Part shown: positions 48,208-60,424 of the stretch, piece by piece
Layout of the letters: the number at the start of each line of letters is the position of its first letter
How positions within the stretch are numbered: position 1 is the stretch's first letter
Source: Octopus sinensis
Taxonomy: Eukaryota
DNA length: 64,000 nucleotides
Direction of reading: 5' to 3'
Assembly (NCBI RefSeq): GCF_006345805.1
Contig: NC_043014.1
Coordinates: 35,216,001-35,280,000, forward strand
Notes under the pieces: model-generated
Told to the model about the DNA's origin: nothing
The model's input: only the letters and a program-made list of their open reading frames with translations
Database searches by the model: none
Position numbers and translations under genes: made by a program

Positions 48208-50259
48208 ATTTTTACTTGTTTCAGTCATTGGACTGCAGCCATGCCAAGGCACCACTTTAAAGATTATAATTTAACAAATTGATCCCAATGTTTATTTTTT
48301 AAAACTGTCACTTAATCTATTGGCTTTTTTCTTTTTGCTGAATTGCTAAGTTAAAGGGGACATAAACAAACCAACAGTGGTTGTCAACTAATGAAGGGCA
48401 CACACACACACACAATGGCTTCCACACAGTTTTTGTCTACTAAATTCACTCATAAGGCATTGGCTTGTCCAGGACTGTAGAAGACACTTGCTCAAGGTGT
48501 CACGTAGCTATGTGGTAAGTAGTTTGCTAACGAGCCACATGGTTCCGGGTTCAGTCCCACTGTGTGGTACCTTGGATAAGTGTCTTCTACTATCGCCTCG
48601 GGCTGACCAAAGCCTTGTGAGTGGATTTGGTAGACGGAAACTGAAAGAAGCCCGTCGTATATATGTATATATATATATATGTATGTGCGTGTTTGTGTGT
48701 CTGTGTTTGTCCCCCCCCAACATCGCTTGACAACCGATGCTGGTGTGTTTACGTCCCCGTAACTTAGTGGTTCGGCAAAAAAAGAGACCGATAAAATAAG
48801 TACTAGGCTTACAAAGAATAAGTCCTTGGGTCGATTTGATCGACTAAAGGCGGTGCTCCAGCATGGCCACAGTCACATGACTGAAACGAGTAAAGAGTAA
48901 GAGTATATTCGCTTTTTTATGTGTGTGTGCATGTCTTCATCATCATCATCTTCATCATCATTATCATTTAACGTCTGTTGTCCATGCTAGCATGGGTTGG
49001 ATGGTTTGACCAGGTCTGGTAAGCTGAGGGCCTGCACCTCACTCTGGTCTGATTTGGCATAGTTTCTATGGCTGGATGCCCTTCCTAACCCCAGCCACTC
49101 TGAGAGTGTAGTAGGTGCTTTTACGTTCCAGTTGCGTGACACCAGTATCCGCCACGACTACAATTTCCCTTGGCTTCAAGAGTCTTCGTCTCGAGCATGG
49201 CATATTGCCAAAGGTCTTGTACATATGTAATTGCCTCCATGAGGCCCAACGCTCGACAGGTGCTTTTTATGTGCCACCAGTATGGGTGCCAGTTACGTGA
49301 CACTTGCAGTGTATTCATGTATGTGTTTGCGTGATGTGTTATTAAAAATCTGAGTTACAATACTTTGCTTTCAGTATTTTTTTGAAAGGACTTTTCTCAT
49401 TTTCTTCATATTAAATGATTTGTGTAGAACAGTACATTTCTAAACTCTCTTGACATATCTAGAACTTCCCAATCTTATCTTGTTGAAAAAAGAATTTCAT
49501 TAACATTATAGGCACAAGCATTGCTGTGTGATAAGAAGTTTGCTTACCAACCACATGGTTCCGGGTTTACTCCCAGCATGGCACCTTGGGCAAATGTCTT
49601 CTACTATAGTCTTGAGCTGACCAAACCCTTGTGAGTGGATTTGGTAGATGGAAACTGAAAGAAGCCAGTCATATGTGTGTGTGTGTGTGTGTCTTATGGC
49701 TAAGATCAAGGTCTAATGTACACATACATGTATATATATATATATATATCTATGTATGTGTCTATGTCTGTTTGCTCCACCACTTGACAACCAGTGTTGG
49801 TGTGTTTACATCCCCTTGGTGGTTTGGCAAAAAGGACTGATAGAATAAGTACTAGGCTTAAAAAGAAAATAAGTACTAGAGTCGATTAGTTCGACTAAAA
49901 TTCCTCAAGGCAGTGCTCCAGCATGGTCGCAGTCGAGTGACTGAAACAAGATAAAAGAAGAATTGTTATTATCTTGGTAGGTGAGAATTATAGGAATGAT
50001 GGTATCTGTTAATGAAATTATTTCTGACAGCTGAAGTTACATTTTCAACTATTACATATCGCCTCAGGATGTGTATGATGATGTGTTGAGGTTTGCATTA
50101 TAAATCATTGCAGATATAACTTTTGAAGCCTACTTACATTTTGTGATGCCCTGCATGTTTTAGGTTCTGTAGAAGGACCAGCCTGCAAACACTGTATCCC
50201 ACCTCAATGAGATCACACTTTATTACCATCCATTGTTTCAGCTTAACCCCATTTGTTCA

Positions 50260-51400
50260 ATATTTTTCATTCCCTTTCTCTCATTTTCCTCCTCAATACA
50301 GTTCTAAGGAATAGTAAGTTCTAACAGAACCACCTACTTCAGTGCTTCTGAGATAAACACTGAGTTTGGCCTTAGTCATATTTAGGCACCAGTTTCTGGG
50401 AATTGAAATTGCTTTCCCAGGTTGACTTTCAGCTCTCTCACTTGCGCCATTGCTAGTAGACCTGGGGAGGTGAATCTGGCATCATCTTCACGCTAGTGTT
50501 GACAAAAGGGATAGTCTTCGTTGGGTAGAGGCACCTGCAATGGCTAATATCACTGTGGATAGTATCTGTTATGGCCTTCAGGACCTGTTCATTCTTTCGG
50601 AAGAAGAAACCCCTCGCCTAGAGCTTTTGGATTGCTAATAAGGATGCACTCCAGGGGCTCTTCTCCTCAGGCATAGAAGGCTAGCTGTTATATACACTTG
50701 GTAGATGTCATGAATTTTATCTCTGGGGTTCTGTTCTCCGAGGCTCGAACCACGAAACTTTTCGTGATGCTGTTTGCTTCTGCCGTAACCAGAGTTCTGG
50801 TGCTGCATCCCAAATTTCTTGTCACACTCCTCTCCTGTTGACTTGCACACCTAATACTGAATCAATAATCTCTTCTTTGCACCTTGTTAAGGCAAGGTGT
50901 GCCTGTGTGTGTATATATCCTGAGCCCTCCTTCCAGAAGGTACGGCTCTGCTGCTGCAACAGCTTCCACTGTTCTCTACTTCCATACTGTCTTGTTCCTG
51001 AGTACAAACCGGAGTGACTTTCGGTTCGCAGTAATCACGATGTTGCAATGCTTCCTCAACGCAATACGAATTCTCTCAGGTTATTGAGGAATATCTTTAA
51101 CTTGTTACTCTGTCAATACTCGGTGATGATGTACTGGCTCCTTGGAATTACCAGCCATTTCCACAGAGACATACTGACTGTCATCTCAAAGCTTCTAATG
51201 TAGATATGGGGCCTCTTATACAAAGAGTGGTTAAAGAATCCATGGAAGGATTATTTAACCACTTGTAAATCCAGACCTTAAACTTGTTTACTGTGAGTAG
51301 CCAGGATTCCAATTCTTGGTTAGTTACGGAGTTGAGTGTCAGTGTGACATCTTATAGCTTTGTCAGAAACGTTTGAGAAAAGTGCTTCTATATATAATTG
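50260..51400 (-). mobile_element. Decayed restriction-like-endonuclease non-LTR element (HERO/R2-superfamily-like) fragment
   Basis: Frameshifted minus-strand translation gives LC..R..-ECILISNPKALGEG...QVLKAITDTI, resembling the CCHC motif EHILSxCPKALGEGRYxWRHDQVLKAIADTI that I recall from HERO-type elements. Confidence 0.5.
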
Positions 51401-51726
51401 CAGACATACAGACACAGATAATGCACTGAGATATATACATTTTCTGAAGGTTGTCTAGGTATAGCAGGATTGATTTATACAAAAACTGCGCATTTACAAC
51501 ATATTTAATACATTTCGGGCAAAAGTTACAAATGTACATAAGTATTATTATTCACTTTCACTACAAAAGCTCCTAAAGAACTATATTTCTTGTATTGAGA
51601 AGAGGCAGCACCGATATACCTTGGTCTTTCTTAAGTTGATTTATATTTGTCCACAAAGGACTAACACAGAGGGGAAAGTACAAGGGGACAGGGCGATTCG
51701 TCAACGAATGATGATACATTGAAAAA

Positions 51727-52112
51727 TCTATATATATATAAAGCTGAAGTTGTCTGTGTATGGCAGGTTTGGCAGCCTTCAACTAACACTATCTCCTCCG
51801 AGACCCTGCGGCGCAAGTTGGCCAAAATTGAGAGTATGCTAGAAGAAAGCTTGCTCTTCCTTCCGTAGAAAAAAAAAAAAATTCAAATCGGACCATGTTA
51901 ACACCAAAAATTATTTACATCAAAAAGGTGCTCTTTTTCTATGAAAATCCCGATTTTTTGCCTGCTGTGTCGCCATTTTTCTGTGTATTTCAACCAGAAA
52001 AATGTTCACTTAAAGAGAATAACAAGTTACATAACGCAAAGTTTTTACTTTTCAAAAATTCCAATTATAAAGGGTCGAAACAAACCCGAGCAACGCCGGG
52101 CGATACTGCTAG
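51727..52112 (+). mobile_element. Non-autonomous Helitron
   Basis: A|TCTATATATATATAAAG 5' end; the same 3' end CAAACCCGAGCAACGCCGGGCGATACTGCTAG|T as 63275-63788. Confidence 0.85.
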
Positions 52113-53371
52113 TTTATGATATATATAAAAATCGAATGATTAAGATGAAGTGATGGATGGGTATGACTCCACAAACCACCACTGAACCATTTAAAGAACC
52201 TTTATGTCGTCCCTTAATGTAGTACATTCACTCTCAACATGTATCCCACTTTCTTCCATCTTTTCTCGTATATACTTAGTGACAGGCAACTCCTCTCCAG
52301 CCTTATTTTTCTCTTGAGTTGGGAAACAAAAACGCTTACCAACCCTCGGCTGGAGATGGAGTCACCTGTCACTACTCCTTTCATGCAAGACTTCCACACA
52401 CCCAGAGAGGGTGGTGGAACAAAGAAAGAGTGAGAGAAAGTTGAGGCGAAAGAGTACAGCAAGGATCGCCACCACCCCCTGCCAGAGCTTGGTGGAGCTT
52501 TAGGTGTTCTCGCTCAATAAACACTCACAACGCCCGGTCTGGGAATCGAAACCGCGAGTCCGCTGCCCTAACCACTGGGCCATTGCGCCTCCATATTGGA
52601 TGACACATAGCACATTATATATATTGATTGGATTTACCAATGAGAAAAAGGAAAAAAATTATTTGATAATTAGAATTTATGAACATTGGTTTCAAATTTT
52701 GACACAAAGCCAACAAGTTCGCGGAATGAGGTTAAGTTGATTATATCGACCCCAGTGTTCAACTGGTATATATTTAATCGATGAACGGCAAAGTCAACCT
52801 CGGCGGAATTTGAACTCATTACGTAAGGACAGACGAAATGCCGCTAAGCAGCTTGCCGTCTTAGGAACATTAAAACAGCCGTCAAATTACAACACAATCG
52901 GTCCAATATTGTTGTGTGCGACCACAAGGAAAAGATATGTTCTGTTGTGGAAATACGTACCGGTAAGTTAGCGCTTCGGCAAAGAGACCAATAGAAAAAA
53001 TACCAGGCTTTAAAAAAAATGTACTGGGGTTGATTCAATTCTTCAAGGCGGTGTCCCAGCATAACCGCAATTTAATGACTGAAACAAGTAAAAATAAAAT
53101 AAAAGATATATATATGTGTGTGTATGTTTGTTTGTATATATGTCGTGTTCTAGCAATATATTCTGTGTATACCACGTGCTCTCTATAGACTATCTCTCAT
53201 TCCAATGAACATCCTGCATATTGTGTTGGTTTGTCTAGCTAAGATCTAAACTCTGTATATGCGTATTGTATACATCTTTGTGTTGTATTTTTTGTTAACA
53301 CCCGATAATAGAGTCACACAAGAAATTATTTACGAAAATAACGACAAACAAAATCCATATTATTTAGTTCT

Positions 53372-53772
53372 TTACTGCATCAAGGGGCTAAATATAGAGG
53401 GGACGAACAAGGACAGACAAACGGATTAAGTCGATTACATCGACCCCAGTGCGTGACTGGTAACTTAATTTATCGACCCCGAAAGGATGAAAGGCAAAAT
53501 CGACCTCGGCGGAATTTGAACTCAGAACGTAGCGGCAGACGAAATACCTGTTTCTTTACTACCCACAAGGGCCTAAACACAGAGGGGACAAACAAGGACA
53601 GACAAACAGATTAAGACGCACTGGTGCGTAACTGGTACTTAATTTGTCGACCCCGAAAGGATGAAAGGCAAAGTCGACCTCGGCGGAATTTGAACTCGGA
53701 ACATAACGGCAGACGAAATACTACTAAGCATTTCGCCCGGCGTGCTAACGATTCTGCCAGCTCGCCGCCTTG
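53372..53772 (-). mobile_element. SINE family B tandem dimer
   Basis: Head-core-tail followed by a second core-tail starting at GTATTTCGTCTG. Confidence 0.85.
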
Positions 53773-54166
53773 ACAAACAAAATCCATATTAACCACCTGT
53801 ATTAGTTATAAGAAAAAAAGCAAAAAAACAAAACAAAACAAAAAAACAACAAAAAGCAAAACATTCCCATGCAATGTAGTTAAACAGGTTTCTAAACTAA
53901 AACTATATAAAGATGTATGATTATAAATAAGCAAAATTATTTGTTTTACATGTAATTATCAACATGAACTTATTCACTCATTATACATTCAAATTAAGGC
54001 TTCTTCTTTTAGCAGTGCTATTATATAGATACCGCTCGCTACATTAAGACGGCATTAATCAAGTGATTCTAAAGTCGGGAACGGTTCCATCGATGGATGA
54101 GTCAGCCAGAAACCACTTCTTTTCGGAACACCTTGGGGAGTCTCTAATACTCAGCTAGTTTAGTTA

Positions 54167-54633
54167 AATCAATCAACTAATCAGTCAGTCAATCGGTCGG
54201 TCGGTCCGTCCGTACGCCCATCCATTCATCCATCCAACCATCCATCCAACCATCCATCCATTCATCCATCCAACCATCCATCCAACCATCCATCCATTCA
54301 TCCATCAAACCATCCATCCATTCATCCATCCAACCATCCATCCATTCATCCATCCAACCATTCATCCATTCATCCATCCAACCATCCATCCATTCATCCA
54401 TCCAACCATCCATCCATCCATCCATCCATCCAACCATCCATCCATTCATCCATCCAACCATCCATTCATCCATCCAACCATCCATCCATTCATCCATCCA
54501 ACCATCCATCCATTCATCCATCCAACCATCCATCCATTCATCCATCCAACCATCCATCCATTCATCCATCCAACCACCCATCCATTCATCCATCCAACCA
54601 TCCATCCATTCATCCATCCAACCATCCATCCAT
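54167..54633. repeat. Compound tetranucleotide satellite with a 24-nt higher-order unit
   Basis: (ATTC ATCC ATCC AACC ATCC ATCC)n preceded by AATC/AGTC/GGTC/CGTC runs. Confidence 0.95.
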
Positions 54634-54855
54634 CTCCGTCCAATCCCCTCTATCTCGTTCTCGGTCTACGCCTAAGTCTTCAGCCGATTGGCTTAGATTA
54701 AAGAATCTGTCCTGCGACATTCTATTCACGTTCCTTTAGTTGTTTGTTGATATAATTATATTCTACAATTTTTAATAAGGACGGAATTCATCACTAGAAA
54801 AGAAATTTTCCGATATAGACCATCATTAAACTAACTATATTTTGGTCATTTGCAT

Positions 54856-54864
<9 letters not shown>

Positions 54865-54938
<74 letters not shown>

Positions 54939-54951
54939 CACACACACACAC
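54865..54951. repeat. (CA)n microsatellite
   Basis: Direct reading. Confidence 0.98.
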
Positions 54952-57075
54952 ATTGTTTCCTTGTCCTGCCCGCACCTTGGACATTCTGGTAACACTGATA
55001 ATCTGTGCCATGACAATTTCTCGCGGACAGGTAACGCATTCCTGTAACACTGCCAGGTCAGAGATCTTTGGTAATTATCCAAATACCCCGCCCTGAAGGT
55101 GTTTTGAAACAGTTTGGCTAGCTGGTTCTCATCGAGTCTCTTGTCCTAGGACGTCATCGCTCTTATACTCTACCATCCCTTTATAAAATACAGAGGTGGT
55201 ATTTCCGCTGCCGGCCTTGCACGCCCTGTAGATTAGCGCGAGTGTCTGCCGGCACTCCTTTTGCCATTCAGTCGTATTCTGTCTTTTTATCAAACCGGGT
55301 GTAAATTCCTCCAAGGATATTGGTCGTGGAAAGAATTCCCCCTGCAAGTGAATTCCACACCTGACCACCATCCAGGTAGAGCCAGAGATGCCTTAGCCTC
55401 AGTGCATGTCTGTACATCAACAGCTACGGCATCCCTAACCCATCCTTTAGCGGTTCTTGGCAGCATACGGAGCGCCTCACAAGCGGTTTTCCCTTCCACA
55501 AAAAGCCGAAGAGAAGTCGCATCAACTTGCATAGCCACGAATCAGAGCAAGGGACAACGGTCGGACGGTAGGTGATAACAGACGCAATAGACACCTGCAC
55601 CACCTCCGCCCTCCCTTTCAGGGACAGCGCCTTTCCAGACCAGGTCCGGACTAGGGCCTCCACCCTGCCTGCCACCTCACTCCAATTCTTCTCCGTCTGG
55701 GAGTCTGGACCAAACCAAACTCGAAGCAACTTAACAGGACCATCCTTCCAGTGCCCACGATACTGGACGTTATCGGCTTGCCGCTCCCGGTGCCGAGCCG
55801 CAAACCGACAGACTTGTCCTTGTTAACTTTTGCCCCTGCCACCGCCTCGTATCCTTTGATTGCATCCACTACACAAGATAGCTGAGCTACATTGGACACG
55901 GTGATGGTGACGTCATCCGCATATGCAGAAACAGACTTACCACATCCGATTTTATTGGGGATGCCCCCCAAACTCTCCAACTTCCGCAGCAATGGTTCAA
56001 GAGTCAATACATTCAGAAGCGAAGACAGGGGGCACCCTTGTTGAACCGAGCGCTGGATCTCAAACGGCTCCGACAGGTAACCATTTATTTGGACTGTGGA
56101 TTTGATGCCACCATAAATGGCCTTGATCCAACCGCGGAAGTCCGAACCTAGCCCTGCTGCCAGGTACTGGTGGTCTGCCCTATCGTAAGTTTTACTTTGG
56201 TCTAAATGGACCAATTCCCCACCTTTACCGGACACTTTATCTACTCTGTCTAAGGTGTGGCGTAAGAGATGAAGATTGTCCTGGATTGACCTGCCAGGGA
56301 TGGCGCATATTTGCGCCCTCCCTACAAGTTTCTCCGCGACACGCATCAACCATTTTGCTAACACCTTGGTTAAAATCTTTAACTCTACATTCGGTAGAGT
56401 TATGGGCCTAAAATTACTAATGACCTTGCTCGGGTTATTTCTGATCAGCGTCACCATTCTCCGACTCCCATTCTGCTGCCAGTTCATGTAGACGCAAGCC
56501 AGATTGTGTCCGAACAAGTCCGGCATATTACATTAAAGTTCATAGGGCAGACCATCCAGCCCCGGCGACTTGTCCCCGGCGCATTCAGCCAGCACCTCCT
56601 CGACCTCCGCAGCTGTAATCGGCCCTTCACAACATTCCTCCTCCCGCACCTAGAGTCGTGGCCCGACGGCTAGGAAGTCCCTAAAGGACTCCCCACGATC
56701 CAGCGCCTCGCTCGTCCCAAACAACCGGGCGAAATGTTGGTGAAAAGCCTTTTGCATCTCGTCCTGTCCTTTGATCGTACGTCCCTGTTCGTCAATTAAA
56801 GACTGTATAGAAGCTTCTCTGCCTCTCCGACTCTCCACACGACGTGCCCATCCGGCAACGTTAATACCTTATCTGCCCACCACACGTAACTTAGCCCTGA
56901 CTCTACACCCTTCGTGTTTGGCTTTGAAATGACGGAATAACACCGTTCTTGCCGCCAATACTCTGGATGAAGAGCCAGATTCCATGGCCTCCTCTAATTC
57001 CTTAATGAGGTTCCCTTCTATTCTAGTCTCTCTAAAGCTCTTTACTAAATCTAAGAGACTCCGAACTAATGGCTT
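54952..57075 (-). mobile_element. Tx1/L1-like non-LTR retrotransposon fragment (RT plus C-terminal zinc-binding region)
   Basis: FRPITLPNVELKIL, LDQSKTYDR, VQQGCPLS, SAYADDVT and WQCYRNALPV...CPRCGQDKET; frameshifted; the 3' end is lost at a (CA)n tract. Confidence 0.88.
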
Positions 57076-58208
57076 GCTGTATCCCTTGATTTAATAATGA
57101 ATTATTTGCTATTTATCATCAATATAAAAGAATTATTCAGTAGAAATAATTTAAAACTAAGGCACTTCTGTAGATTCATTAGAAAAAAATCAATATAAGG
57201 TCAACTAACAAAGTTAGCCGTGACTATCTACACATATTGATACATGTCCCGCTCTTCTGACTCATGCATATCTGATGCGGTTTCTCTTTTACTCGTTTAA
57301 TTGTTTCAGTTACTTGACTGCAGCCAGGACTTATTCTTTGTATGTCTAGTACTTATTCTATCAGTCTCTTTTGCCGAAACGCTAAGTTAAGGGGACGTAA
57401 ACACACCAGCATCGGTTGTCAAGCGATGTTGGGGGTACAAACACAGACATACAAACATACACACACACACACACAGTCACGCACACGTACGCACACGCAC
57501 ACACATATACACGACGGGCCTCTTTCAGTTTTGCATCTACCACATCCACTCACAAGGCTTTGGTCGGCCCGAGGCTATAGTACAAGACACTTGCCCACGT
57601 CGTCACGCAAGCAGCATACCACAAAGCCGGTCCTGCACCTATAAAGTCACTCCTGCACTTATAGCCACTCCTACGGAGCAGAAATCACTTCCACTAAACC
57701 AAACCTAATCAAACAAAACACACACATTGAAGGCAGAACTGTGTTCGGTTTTAATATATGAGAAATATTACATTATTCCTTAGTAGGCTTGCTTTAAGAT
57801 ATTCTCAGCCAATTGGTTATAATTACGTGTTTTTGCTGTGTTATAGATTTAGGTAGCAAAGAATCATTTGAATGATATATTTTCTGATGAAATCAGCGTC
57901 AGATTTAAACTCGTTGTTCTGTTAACTCAAGGTCTCTTTCACAGATTATTTTGCACGTAAAATAAACTATAAAAGTAACTTATTGTTGGTCGTTAAGTTA
58001 GTTTTATAATACAGCAATAATGATGTTCTCGGTTACTGCATGATCTCAAATAGTTAAGCAGTAACGCTAAATCTGGAACGGAGAAAGTGCAGTTTAATTG
58101 TAGCTATTTTTATTATTAGCTCTACAATTGAATGAAGTACTCTTTATGATTCTACACGCACGCATGCGCACGCGCTCATTCACCCACCCAGCCACACACA
58201 CATACACT

Positions 58209-58562
<354 letters not shown>

Positions 58563-59050
58563 GCGCCCTTTTCAAGCTTAGCTAGGCTCATGAGCCCGGT
58601 TTCCTGGTTTCTATGGCGCATGTGTTCCTCCCAGCTGGACGGGACGCCAGTCCATCGCAGCGTTACTCAAGAAACAGGGAAAAAGAATGAGATAAAGTTG
58701 GGGCAAAAGAGTACAACAGGGGTCGCCACCAGCCCCTGCCGGAGTCTCGTGGAGCTTTTAGGTGTTTTCGCTCAATAAACACACACAACGCTTAGTCTGG
58801 GAATCGAAACTGCGATCCTCTGACCGCGAGTCCGCTGCCCTAACCACACCACACACACACACACACACACACAACACACACACACACATAAATTAGAAAA
58901 AAATCACCTTTTATTTATTCAATAATGAAAAATTAAATTATACCATTTAGAAAAATTACATATTATAGAAAGATTAAATATAAGATAAAACATATAACGA
59001 TGATTAAGTAATGTGCAAAATAATAAATAAAACATATATATTTGGTAGAA

Positions 59051-59145
59051 TAACGACACGTGTTTCGTGGCTATATTTAAGAAATGATAATAGTAAAAAT
59101 AGTAGTAAAATCACTTCAATATAAATATAGCCACTCCTCAGGTTA
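59051..59145 (-). ncRNA. Type I hammerhead ribozyme (Penelope-like-element type), core intact
   Basis: UAAC-CUGAGGA-[13-bp stem II GUGGCUAUAUUUA/UAAAUAUAGCCAC]-GAAAC-ACGU-GUC^GUUA. Confidence 0.8.
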
Positions 59146-59244
59146 AAGATAACCACAATAATAAAATAATTAATTAGATAAATTAATAAACATACGTAAA
59201 TAATCTTGTAAAATACGAAATATCTTAAATATATATGTGCATAA

Positions 59245-59807
59245 TCATTTCTGCTCTAGGCACAAGGCCCGAAATTTTGAGAAGGGGACCAGTCAATTAG
59301 ATCGACTCCAGTACGCAACTGGTACTTAATTTATTGAGCCGAAAGGATGACAAGCAAAGTCGACCTCGGCAGAATTTGAACTCAGAACGTAAAGACAGAC
59401 GAAAAATATTCTTTTCTACTCCAAGCACAAGGTCCGAAATTTTGGGATGGGGGCTAATCGATTATATCGACCCCAGTGCGAAACTTACTTATTTAATCAA
59501 CACCGAAAGGATGAAAGGCAAAGTCGACCTCGGCGGAATTTGAACTCAGAACGTAGCGGCAGACGAAATATCTATTTCTTTACTACCCACAAGGGGCTAA
59601 ACACAGAGAGGACAAACAAGGACATATAAACGGATTAAGTCGATCATATCGACCCCAGTGCGTAACTGGTACTTATTTAATCGATCCCGAAAAGATGAAA
59701 GGCAAAGTCGACCTTGGCGGAATTTGAACTCAGAACGTAATGGCAGACGAAATACGGCTAAGCATTTCTCCCGGTGTGCTAATAATTCTGCCAGCTTGCC
59801 GCCTTAA
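59245..59807 (-). mobile_element. SINE family B tandem trimer with two tail types
   Basis: Three cores with junctions at about 59571 and 59408. Confidence 0.85.
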
Positions 59808-60424
59808 TCACGAGAATAAGTACTTAATGCATATTCTTTTTATTTTATATTTGTCTCAGTCATTAGACTGTGGCCGTTCTGGGATACTATCTTGAAAAAT
59901 TTTAGTCGAATGAATCAAATCCAGTACTTATTTATAAGTGCTGGGGTACCAATAGAATAAGTCGGTTGCTTATTCTATTGGTGTCTTTTGCCGAACCGCT
60001 AAGTTATGGGGACGTAAGTACATCAACATCGGTTGTGAAGCGGTGGTGGGGGACAAACACAGATAAACATTTCCTGGATTTAAGGGTATTGCGAAAGGGT
60101 AGAACTGTTACCTTTACAGGTGAGGTAGGACAACTATTTAAGAGAAGATATGCAAAAAATCATGATGTAATTCAATAAAGCTTTCCCGTTTTTGCAGATT
60201 TAACACATGATGGCAGCTTCTAAAGTGGATTTAAGTAAAACTGAAGCACGGGCAGTCATGAAGTTCCTCTTTTTGCAACGCAAAGGAGCCGCGGAAATCC
60301 ATGGCAATATGAAGGAAATCTTGAAGGATAGCTGTCCATCTTACTCCACAGTGAAAATCTGGATGTCAAAGTTTCGATCTGGTCATTTCGAGGTCACAGA
60401 TGAACTCCGGTCAGGACAGTATCC

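Noticed and set aside
54189-54643. WMDE/WMDG repeat ORFs
   Set aside because: Translation of the ATCC satellite; the same applies to the YI, HT and CV repeat ORFs at 54794-55096, 58128-58778 and elsewhere.
59245-59807. Regularly spaced repeats resembling a CRISPR array
   Set aside because: The units are 160-200 nt SINE bodies with no unique spacers, the context is eukaryotic, and there are no cas genes.
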